A stretch of DNA of 18,502 nucleotides from a bacterium. Its GTDB lineage: Bacteria > Bacillota > Clostridia > Christensenellales > Aristaeellaceae. The stretch lies in assembly GCA_963624325.1 (NCBI GenBank), contig CAVFPH010000042.1, positions 1-18,502 on the forward strand, in the 5' to 3' direction. Of this stretch, positions 7,735-15,142 are shown piece after piece (the stretch's first letter is position 1; each line of letters begins with the position of its first letter). The notes below the pieces were generated by a model, which did no database searches, was not told where the DNA came from, and was given only the letters and a program-made list of their open reading frames with translations. The translations under genes were made by a program, and so were the position numbers.

Positions 7735-8634
7735 TTACAATTCGCGGAAGACACGCACATAAGAATCCGCAGCATAAGAAATCAGCGGATTGTTATTGCG
7801 CTTTTTATAAAGCAAGCAAAAGCATGTGTCAACCGGCGGCATATCCAGGAACGGACGTGCAACCAAGGAATCCGGAAGATTGCGCAGCACACCGGCAGAA
7901 AAAATTGAAACACCCCGCCCGGAAAGTACGGGCCATAGAATATCGTCACGGCTATAGGGGCGCACAATTACGTTGGGCGCGTTTCCCTTCCATGTACACC
8001 CCTGAATAATCGCGTCATATAGTATGGGGCTTCGTTCTCTCTCCCACATGAAAAGCGGCTGCCCGGCCAGATCGGCCGCGGTGAGCCCCTGCTTTTCTGC
8101 AAGCGGAGAATTGGCAGAAACTGCAACCATAAACGGAACGTTTTTCAGCGGAACACAAACAAGCGTATCGTCCATCGTCTGCAAAGCCGCCCTGAATCCC
8201 AGCAGCAGATCCAGCTTATCCGTTTTCAAATCTTCGCAGGCAGAAGGACGGTATGATCGAGTCAAACTGATTTTAGCGTCGGGAAAGCGGCTGCACAGGT
8301 CGTGAAAAGTTTGCATGATAATGTCCGGAAAGCTCATGTTCAGCATGGCGATTCTTATTTCATTCGCCCCGTTTTCGACAGTCTGGTGCAGTGCCATCCG
8401 TGTTTCGTCATATGCGTCCATCATCTTTTGCGCATGTTCACGAAATACACTTCCGGCGTTGGTCAACGACATTACGCCTGCATGGCGTTCAAACAGCTTT
8501 ACCCCGAATTCTTCTTCCAGATGTGCAATCTGTCTGCTTGCAGTAGATGGGCTGATAAACATCCGGTTGGCAGCATCGGTGATGTTCAAGTGTTCCGCAA
8601 CCATAAGAAAGCAAGCCAGGCTTTCCATATTCAT
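7735..8634 (-). CDS. LysR-family transcriptional regulator
   Basis: N-terminal HTH LNITDAANRMFISPSTASRQIAHLEEEFGVKLFER, followed by a LysR-type substrate-binding domain of appropriate length. The start is probably ATG 8634 (MNMESL...), downstream of GAGGAAA. The tracked ORF begins at a GTG at 8652. Confidence 0.85.
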   Translation of the reverse strand: MNMESLACFLMVAEHLNITDAANRMFISPSTASRQIAHLEEEFGVKLFERHAGVMSLTNAGSVFREHAQKMMDAYDETRMALHQTVENGANEIRIAMLNMSFPDIIMQTFHDLCSRFPDAKISLTRSYRPSACEDLKTDKLDLLLGFRAALQTMDDTLVCVPLKNVPFMVAVSANSPLAEKQGLTAADLAGQPLFMWERERSPILYDAIIQGCTWKGNAPNVIVRPYSRDDILWPVLSGRGVSIFSAGVLRNLPDSLVARPFLDMPPVDTCFCLLYKKRNNNPLISYAADSYVRVFREL

Positions 8635-8695
8635 ATCGTATCGTTTCCTCACTTTAGATATGGGTTTATTGAAAGGCCCGAGCGGCCATCAGGCT

Positions 8696-8718
8696 GCTTT
8701 TCATTGCGAAAAGCGCCG
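8696..8718. repeat. Copy 2 of the identical 23-nt hairpin repeat; possible bidirectional terminator
   Basis: Exact match to 5396..5418. It lies between the stop of the 8733..9242 gene and the LysR start. The T-run (TTATTTTTT) is on the plus-strand side only. Confidence 0.85.
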
Positions 8719-8732
8719 GTATTCTTATTTTT

Positions 8733-9242
8733 TCAGTTGTATTTGGCCGTCACGCTCATCGGAATTCCCCAAATGTAATAGGTGATTTTGAAGCTGCGCG
8801 ATACCTGGTGTTCTTCCTGATTTTGTATGCTTGTAAGCACCACAATCCATGCATCGTTTTCGCTTCCCGCGGAAACAACCGTGTTGGCATTGGCCTGCGA
8901 AGCATCCGAGGTAGCATAGGCCAGCACATCGCCGTTGGCGGGAATGGGCTGTATCTCCACCATTTCGGCATCAATCAGGCCGCCGTTGCGCAGGCGGAAT
9001 GTATAGGTAAAAAAGCTATAGTCCGCCGCCGTTCCGGGAACGCTTTCGGCAAACGCCGTACCGCTGAGCGCCCCCCGGTCCACTGCCGTCTGCAGGGCGA
9101 TGAATTCGCTGGTATTGCTTCCGGCTGCCGTGGCCTTCAGTTCAATCGATACCACCTGCAGTTTTGCATTGGCATAGGTGTAGATGCCCAGCCCCGCGGC
9201 AATCACCACCAGGACAATCATAAAAATCGCGACATATTTCAT
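8733..9242 (-). CDS. Small N-terminally membrane-anchored protein, unknown family (third gene of the stator-like operon)
   Basis: The ATG lies 6 nt after the stop of the upstream gene, with GGAG 9 nt upstream. TM anchor VAIFMIVLVVIAAGLGIYTY, then about 140 aa with a beta-rich-looking composition. Confidence 0.6.
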   Translation of the reverse strand: MKYVAIFMIVLVVIAAGLGIYTYANAKLQVVSIELKATAAGSNTSEFIALQTAVDRGALSGTAFAESVPGTAADYSFFTYTFRLRNGGLIDAEMVEIQPIPANGDVLAYATSDASQANANTVVSAGSENDAWIVVLTSIQNQEEHQVSRSFKITYYIWGIPMSVTAKYN

Positions 9243-9248
9243 ACTTTT

Positions 9249-10247
9249 TTACTCCAATGAGGACAAAATGCTGTTCATCTGCTCAATCATTTCCGCATCC
9301 TTTAAGCGGAATTTGATCTCCACACGGCGGGAACGCTCCTGATCCTCCGCGCCGTTTTCATCGTAAATCGGATCCGAAAAGCTGCGTCCCTGCGCGGTAA
9401 TGATGGACTGCAGGCGTGTCTTCTGCGCTTCGGTCAGGGTGCTCATGTTCAGGCAGTATTTGGCCACATTCAGCGCACGGTTCTGCGACAGCTCCAGGTT
9501 ATGCTCATAGCTGCCGGTAGAGTCCGTATGCCCTTCGATGATGATCTCGGCCACATAATCCCGATACTCATCCTGCAAAAGCACGCTCAGGTAGACGGGA
9601 ATCAGGCGGTTGAGCTGGGATAGTCCTTCGGGCTTTAGCGTGCTGCTGCCTGTCTCAAACATCAGCGTGCTGTCCAGCACGATATCGCCGGTATTTTCAT
9701 CCACCGTTGCGGAAATCCGTGCGGCAGCCAGCTGTGTGCTCAGTTCCTCCACAATGCGCGTGCGGATGCCCAGTATGTTGCTGATCTGCATCTGGTAATT
9801 GCTCAGTTCCTGTTCCTGATTGGCCAGCACCAACTGCATGGCATCAATGCGGTTCTGCTGATCGGCCAGATCGGCTTCCTTGAGCACAATCTGCGCCAGC
9901 AGCTCTTCATTTTCAGCCTCGCGCTCACTCAGCTTCACTTGGGCGGCATTGAGATCCTGCTCCTTTGTATCCAGCTGAATCTGGATAGCGGACAGCTCTT
10001 CTTCCTTGCCCATCAGCTCCACCCGCGTTGTCTCCAGATCCTGTTCCTTTTGGCTTAGGGTAATCTGCGCGGCATCCAGCTGCGTCTGCTGCTCTCCCAC
10101 CTGATCCAGCAGCGTATAATAATGATAAATGCACAGGGTAATGGCCAGTATGAACATCAGCAGCAGCGAACACATCATATCCGAATAGGATATCCAGTGT
10201 GTACCGCCGTCGCCGCCCCGGCGCGCACGGCTCAAGTGTCTGCTCAT
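9249..10247 (-). CDS. MotB/ZorB-like protein: TM plug with conserved Asp, long coiled coil, C-terminal OmpA-like peptidoglycan-binding domain
   Basis: Start trimmed to ATG 10247, preceded by AAGGAGG and 2 nt after the upstream stop. MotB-type segment HWISYSDMMCSLLLMFILAI (Asp23). Heptad-like E/K/Q/L stretch of roughly 120 aa with repeated KEQDL. OmpA-like motifs IIIEGHTDSTGSYEHNLELSQNRALNVAKY and RSRRVEIKF. Confidence 0.85.
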   Translation of the reverse strand: MSRHLSRARRGGDGGTHWISYSDMMCSLLLMFILAITLCIYHYYTLLDQVGEQQTQLDAAQITLSQKEQDLETTRVELMGKEEELSAIQIQLDTKEQDLNAAQVKLSEREAENEELLAQIVLKEADLADQQNRIDAMQLVLANQEQELSNYQMQISNILGIRTRIVEELSTQLAAARISATVDENTGDIVLDSTLMFETGSSTLKPEGLSQLNRLIPVYLSVLLQDEYRDYVAEIIIEGHTDSTGSYEHNLELSQNRALNVAKYCLNMSTLTEAQKTRLQSIITAQGRSFSDPIYDENGAEDQERSRRVEIKFRLKDAEMIEQMNSILSSLE

Positions 10248-10249
10248 GC

Positions 10250-11851
10250 TCAGGCCTCCTTGCTTGCCTGCTGCGTCAACGCTTCTCCTGCCGTCTGCAT
10301 GCATGCCGACATATCGCCCAGCGCACGCTGTAATTTGGACAAAGCGGAAATAACCCCCTCGGTGCCTGCGTTCAGGCGCTCGGTTTTATCCGCATAGGCG
10401 CCCTGCGCTGCCTTGGCCGTTTTTTCGATGCTTTCCAGCTTGCCGTCCAGCAGGGACACCATTGCATGCATATTTTCTTCAAACAGCCCCATGGTGCGCG
10501 ACAGTCCGCCGCTGATGTTCTCCACAAAGGATGTATAGCTCTGGCTGAGCTCCCGGCTGCTGTCCCGCATGGCCGCGGAAATCTGCTTGCTGTCCGCCCC
10601 CGATGCATCGGCCTGCTGGTGCACAGCCTCCAGCACACGCCCGCTCCACTGGGCGTATTCCTGCATGCTGCTCTGCAGCTGTTCATGCCCCGAGCGCAAG
10701 GTCATCATATAATCGGTCTGCTCCTGCACAGCTGCGTGCATGGCGTTTAGCAGATCCTGCGTCTTTTGCGCAAAATCCCCCTGCTGGCCGCTGATGGACG
10801 CGGCATCCGCCTCGTATTCCGCCATGCGGTCGGCAATCTGATGCATCAGCGTGCCGACATCCTGCATGCTGTCCATGATGGCCGATGCCGCCTGCAGGGA
10901 AGTATTGAGCGTATCATAATCCATGCGCTGCGATTGATTGATGGCCGTCAGGGTTTGTCCAAGCTGGGTAAACTGCCCGCCCAGCGCCCCGTTCATGCGG
11001 CTGATAAACGCCCCGACCAGCTGATTCAGCCCGTCAATCTGCGTCTGTGTCTGCCCGGCGATGAAGTTATTCATGGATTGTGCCACAGGCACCAGGCTCT
11101 TTTCCACCGCGGTGGTCATGCTGCTGCTTACGCGGTCGCCGATTTCCGTTACCGCATGGCGCAGGAACGCCGCGCGGTCCTCCTGCTGACAGATTGCCTG
11201 CACATTGTCGCTGAGGGGCTGCTGCATCACAAACTCCGTAAAGGCCTCATAAAACTCATCCAGTGCCTTTTGCGCCGATCCGATTGCGGCATGGTTCAAA
11301 ATATTGAAGGCCAGGGAGCAGGAGCAGCCTGCAATGGATGTGCCGAATGCAAAGTTCATGCCGTTGATCATATCCGATATGCCCGCCATGGTGCTGGCGG
11401 CATCCGACAGATCCAGTGCTCCCAGACCGCGCACAAGTCCGACAAATGTGCCCAGAATGCCCAGCGATGTCAGAATGCCCGGTATCACCTCACCCAGCTG
11501 GGTATGGCAATGGGCATATATGACGGTGTCATCGTTAATATAATCTTCCACGTTGCAGTTCATGCCGCGGCTGTCCAATTGTTCCGCATTTACCAGAAAG
11601 CGCTTCCACGCCGTGTGCATGCGCTTGCCAAGGAACATCGGATCCTGCCACACCGGATGCCCGACATCCTTGATGGTCATCATTTCCAGCCGATGCACCG
11701 CGCGGCGCAGGGCACGTGCGCAGGATCGGCATACAAATGTGCACTTGAAAAAGCCCGTCAGGCACACAATCGCAATGGCGCCATATATCAATAAATCAAT
11801 CAGGCTTCCGGCAGAGAAAATCCCCGAAATTTTTTGCGCAAAATCCTGCAT
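10250..11851 (-). CDS. MotA/ExbB/TolQ-family channel protein with a long C-terminal helical tail (ZorA-like architecture)
   Basis: RBS GGGAGGAAGG. TM1 at residues 16..36, then a basic Cys-rich loop. TM2 carries the MotA/ExbB-type motif GILTSLGILGTFVGL. TM3 is FAFGTSIAGCSCSLAFNIL. About 340 aa of Q/S/A/M-rich, helix-looking sequence then runs to the C-terminus. Confidence 0.8.
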   Translation of the reverse strand: MQDFAQKISGIFSAGSLIDLLIYGAIAIVCLTGFFKCTFVCRSCARALRRAVHRLEMMTIKDVGHPVWQDPMFLGKRMHTAWKRFLVNAEQLDSRGMNCNVEDYINDDTVIYAHCHTQLGEVIPGILTSLGILGTFVGLVRGLGALDLSDAASTMAGISDMINGMNFAFGTSIAGCSCSLAFNILNHAAIGSAQKALDEFYEAFTEFVMQQPLSDNVQAICQQEDRAAFLRHAVTEIGDRVSSSMTTAVEKSLVPVAQSMNNFIAGQTQTQIDGLNQLVGAFISRMNGALGGQFTQLGQTLTAINQSQRMDYDTLNTSLQAASAIMDSMQDVGTLMHQIADRMAEYEADAASISGQQGDFAQKTQDLLNAMHAAVQEQTDYMMTLRSGHEQLQSSMQEYAQWSGRVLEAVHQQADASGADSKQISAAMRDSSRELSQSYTSFVENISGGLSRTMGLFEENMHAMVSLLDGKLESIEKTAKAAQGAYADKTERLNAGTEGVISALSKLQRALGDMSACMQTAGEALTQQASKEA

Positions 11852-11886
11852 GCGGCCTTCCTCCCTTAACGATGGATGCTGCTTCT

Positions 11887-11915
11887 ATTTTAACGGATAA
11901 AAGCACAAAATGCAA
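11887..11915 (-). promoter_or_regulatory. Sigma-A-type promoter of the stator-like operon
   Basis: On the minus strand: TTGCAT (11915..11910), a 17-nt spacer, then TAAAAT (11892..11887), about 35 nt upstream of the ATG. Confidence 0.6.
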
Positions 11916-11969
11916 CAAAATTGTTACAAGTTGAAAAGATTATTTAATCATTTTGTCTGTTTTCAGGGA

Positions 11970-12656
11970 TTATATATCGTATTTCAGGCAGATCCGCTCC
12001 AGCTTTTCACCGATCGGGCGGCTGAGCAGGGCAAGATACAGCACGTTGGCAACGATGTAGGATACTGTGTGCGGCAGGGCCGAAAGGAGTGCCGCTCCGT
12101 AAAGGCCCAGACTGAACGTGCCGTGATACCACAGTACCGTCCAGATATCCATGATAAAGGAATAGGCTGCCCCCGCAATCAGACCGCAAAACATCAGCAT
12201 TCCGCGGCTCTTTTTCAGCGTGCGGGACAGATAGCCTGCAATCAGCCCGATCATCCCCCATGCAAACATCTGGAAGGGGGTCCATGGCCCCTGCCCAAAA
12301 TAGAAATTGCTGATTGCCGCGCTGAGCGCGCCCACAAGAAAGCCCGATTCTCCGCCCAGGTACATGCCCGTCAGAATTGTCATGGCCGTCACGGGCTTCA
12401 GCAGCGGAATAAACCGCCCGGCTGCCGTCAGCGCCGTCAAAGCGGAAACCAGCACCAGCCGCCGATGTCCCGTGCGCCTGTGTTCAAAGCCTGCGGCAAA
12501 CAGCACCAGCGCGCACACGGCAATCAGCCAGGCAATCAGCGCGTAGTGCTTTTCCCGCAGCAGAAATACACCCGCCGCAACCAGGGCGGGAACAATCAGG
12601 AACGGAATCGCGCGGCGCAGAATACGGCGGGTGCGGGCATTTCGGATCACTATCAC
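11970..12656 (-). CDS. ECF transporter S (substrate-capture) component, candidate corrinoid-specific
   Basis: Polytopic hydrophobic protein, including FYFGQGPWTPFQMFAWGMIGLIAG. There is no in-frame ATG near the upstream stop. GTG 12656 overlaps the ATPase stop as GTGA, and a second GTG lies at 12650. It is the last gene of the riboswitch-controlled operon. Confidence 0.7.
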   Translation of the reverse strand: MIVIRNARTRRILRRAIPFLIVPALVAAGVFLLREKHYALIAWLIAVCALVLFAAGFEHRRTGHRRLVLVSALTALTAAGRFIPLLKPVTAMTILTGMYLGGESGFLVGALSAAISNFYFGQGPWTPFQMFAWGMIGLIAGYLSRTLKKSRGMLMFCGLIAGAAYSFIMDIWTVLWYHGTFSLGLYGAALLSALPHTVSYIVANVLYLALLSRPIGEKLERICLKYDI

Positions 12657-14281
12657 AGCTGTTTTTCTGCCTCCTTGATGCGAAGCGATGCAATCTCCTC
12701 TGCGCAGATTGCCGTATCGCAGATGCCGCGCGCCATCCTGTTGGCCGGGGTTGTGTAATAGTGATTTCCCGCAAAAAATGCATGCGGCTCGGCGCACGCA
12801 ACAATTTCTCCCCTGAAAAGCAGAGCGCAGCGGTCGGCACATGCCGCGGCAAAAGAAACATCATGTGTTACACACAGCACCGTCAACCCTTTGCTGCGAA
12901 GCGCCCGAAGCAGCTCCGTCATTTTTTCGCACGCAAAGGCATCCAGCCCCTTGGTGGGCTCATCCAGCAGCAAAAGTTTCGGGTGTGCCGCCAGTGCCCT
13001 GCACAAGGCCAGCGCCTGCTGCTCTCCGCCCGACAGATCATAAGGGTGCCGTTTCAGCAAAGGCGTAAAATCCATGGGAAAGTTTTCGGTATCGGCGTGT
13101 GATTTTTTCAGTTCCTCCTCCACCGTGCTGTGCATAAAAAGCGTCTGCACATCCTGCGGCAGCAGCGCAAGGCAGTCCCGGTAAAGCGTTTGTCCCGTAT
13201 AGGCCCGTTGTTTTTTCCCGAATATCATGATATTTCCCGCATACGGCCGCTGGAGCCGCGCCGCGCAGGCAAGCGCTGTGGATTTTCCGGAGCCGTTTCC
13301 GCCCAGCAGGCAGAAGATCTCCCCCGTATGAACTGTCAAATTCAGGCCGCGCAGTACATCGGGCACATTGCGCTCATAGCGGAAATAAACATCCTTCATT
13401 TCCAGAGCCGGCGGCGTATCGGCAGCAGCGCCTCCTCCAAAGGTCGGCCTATCGCCAATCAGCCTTTGGCTTTCCAGCATGCGCCTGCCCTCCCGCACGG
13501 TTAGCGGGCAATCGGCTGCATGCCACATTTCCGCCACGCGTGCGGCAGCCGGCATTGCTTTGGACAGCACGGGATGTCCGCGCAGCTCGGATACAACCTT
13601 TCGGGTTTCACCATCGGCAATCAGGCAGCCACCCTCCATGGCAAGCATTTTGCCCGACAGCGGAACGGCCTCCTCCAGCCGATGCTCAATCAGCAGGACC
13701 GTCAGGGACAATTCCCGGTTGAGCCGCTGCAAAGTAGATAAAAAGCTGCCCACCGCTATCGGATCCAGCTGCGCCGTCGGCTCATCCAGCAAAAGGATAT
13801 CAGGCTGCATCACCATCACGGCCGCCAGGCAGAGCAGCTGCTGCTGTCCGCCGGAAAGGGAAGCTGTATCCCGTCCAAACCAATCCTCAATGCCGAAATA
13901 GCAGGCTGTTTCGGCCACTCTTTGCCGAATCACCGTCTGCGCAAGTCCCATATTTTCAAGCCCGAAGGCCAGCTCGTGCCACACTTTGTCCGTCACAATC
14001 TGCTGCTGCGGATGCTGCGAAACAAAGCCGATGCGGCAGGCGCTCTCCCGCTCGGACATGTCACCAATCGGCTTTCCGTTATACAGAATCTCCCCCGTCA
14101 TCGTCCCTTTCGGGGCGATTTCCCGCTTCAGGCACCGCAGAAGGGTGGACTTTCCGCTGCCGGTTGCTCCGCACAGGATGCAAAAATCCCCCTTATCCAG
14201 TTTGAAGGAAACCTGCTTTACCGCCTGATTGCCGCATTGCGGATAGGAAAAGCTTAAATTTTTGACCTCAAGCAGTGCCAT
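12653..14281 (-). CDS. ECF transporter ATPase, fused duplicated nucleotide-binding domains (EcfA1A2-like)
   Basis: RBS GGAGGAG. Two Walker A motifs (GATGSGKST, GGNGSGKST), two ABC signatures (LSGGQQQ, LSGGEQQ) and two Walker B motifs (LLLDEPT twice). Confidence 0.9.
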   Translation of the reverse strand: MALLEVKNLSFSYPQCGNQAVKQVSFKLDKGDFCILCGATGSGKSTLLRCLKREIAPKGTMTGEILYNGKPIGDMSERESACRIGFVSQHPQQQIVTDKVWHELAFGLENMGLAQTVIRQRVAETACYFGIEDWFGRDTASLSGGQQQLLCLAAVMVMQPDILLLDEPTAQLDPIAVGSFLSTLQRLNRELSLTVLLIEHRLEEAVPLSGKMLAMEGGCLIADGETRKVVSELRGHPVLSKAMPAAARVAEMWHAADCPLTVREGRRMLESQRLIGDRPTFGGGAAADTPPALEMKDVYFRYERNVPDVLRGLNLTVHTGEIFCLLGGNGSGKSTALACAARLQRPYAGNIMIFGKKQRAYTGQTLYRDCLALLPQDVQTLFMHSTVEEELKKSHADTENFPMDFTPLLKRHPYDLSGGEQQALALCRALAAHPKLLLLDEPTKGLDAFACEKMTELLRALRSKGLTVLCVTHDVSFAAACADRCALLFRGEIVACAEPHAFFAGNHYYTTPANRMARGICDTAICAEEIASLRIKEAEKQL

Positions 14282-15129
14282 TGAATGCGTTCTCCTCCTT
14301 CCGCCAGGGCAGGCAGCAGGCAGAGCATGCCGTACGCGGCCATCACTGCCTGCGCGGGTAAAGAATGTTCGGATGCCGTGATCTCAGGATAATATTCAAA
14401 CCGCAGGCTGCCGCTGAAAATCCCCCACAGCGCCGCCGCCGTCAGAATCAGCGAAATGCTCAAAAAAGCCGCATCCGCCCGCGTGAACCGAAATATTGCA
14501 TACCGTGTTCTGCGGCCCGTGCCATAGCCACGCGCCGCCATGCTGTCCGCCGTAACAATCCCGTTTTCCAGTGCCCAGGTTGTCAGAATGGAAAATTCCC
14601 GTGCGCGCCCCGCTGCCGCGTCGGGCAGGTTTTCATCCCGATATAATCCCAGCCCAAGCTGCGCCCGATGAATGCGCTCTCCCTGCCGCGCAAAAAGCGG
14701 CACAAACCGCAGTGCCATGCTGACCGTCAAGGCAAAGGACGGGGATATCCCTCCCAGCAGATACAGCAGCTTATCGCTTGTCAGCGTGGCGCTCAGCAGC
14801 CGAAACCAGCCGATCATGCCCACAATCATGCCGGATGCCGCCATGCCGTATAAGAGCGCCTCCAGCGTGAAGGGCCGATCGTTGATGACAAACAGCACCG
14901 TTACGCCGTCATGATAAAAAAGCGGGTTCAGCAGTGACATCAGTAGAAAAATCATTATGCCCGCAGCCGCCATGCGCAGGCTCATCCTGCCATGAAGCAG
15001 CAAAAGCATCGTGCATCCGAGCAGCGACAGGACAATCAGCGCGGGATGCAGAGACAGCATGCCAATGCTCATGACGCCCGCAAAATAGCAAAGCTCGGTG
15101 ACGGGATGCAGTTTTTCCAGCCCTCTCAT
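14254..15129 (-). CDS. ECF transporter transmembrane T component (CbiQ/EcfT family)
   Basis: Start trimmed to ATG 15129, preceded by GGGAGGAA. Polytopic membrane protein in the position expected beside the ECF ATPase. It overlaps the ATPase start by 28 nt. Confidence 0.85.
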   Translation of the reverse strand: MRGLEKLHPVTELCYFAGVMSIGMLSLHPALIVLSLLGCTMLLLLHGRMSLRMAAAGIMIFLLMSLLNPLFYHDGVTVLFVINDRPFTLEALLYGMAASGMIVGMIGWFRLLSATLTSDKLLYLLGGISPSFALTVSMALRFVPLFARQGERIHRAQLGLGLYRDENLPDAAAGRAREFSILTTWALENGIVTADSMAARGYGTGRRTRYAIFRFTRADAAFLSISLILTAAALWGIFSGSLRFEYYPEITASEHSLPAQAVMAAYGMLCLLPALAEGGERIQWHCLRSKI

Positions 15130-15142
15130 TTTGTTCCTCCCG

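Noticed and set aside
10766-11794. 342-aa plus-strand ORF opposite the MotA-like gene
   Set aside because: Shadow ORF with junk-like, Arg/His/Ala-rich composition and no RBS. The opposite frame has a coherent TM and motif architecture and is translationally linked to its neighbours.
8733-11851. Calling the operon a canonical Zorya system or a flagellar stator
   Set aside because: No ZorC/D, ZorE or ZorF/G-like effector gene is adjacent, since the neighbours are a LysR regulator and an ECF transporter. The window has no flagellar or chemotaxis genes, and the channel subunit has ExbB/ZorA-type rather than four-TM MotA topology. I therefore describe it only as stator-like or ZorAB-like.
11910-12758. 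282-aa plus-strand ORF opposite the ECF S component, and 16696..17511 (271 aa) opposite the DUF4430 gene
   Set aside because: The translations are extremely Arg/Gln/His/Gly-rich. They span an intergenic promoter or gene junctions. The minus-strand frames give sensible membrane or secreted proteins in operon register.
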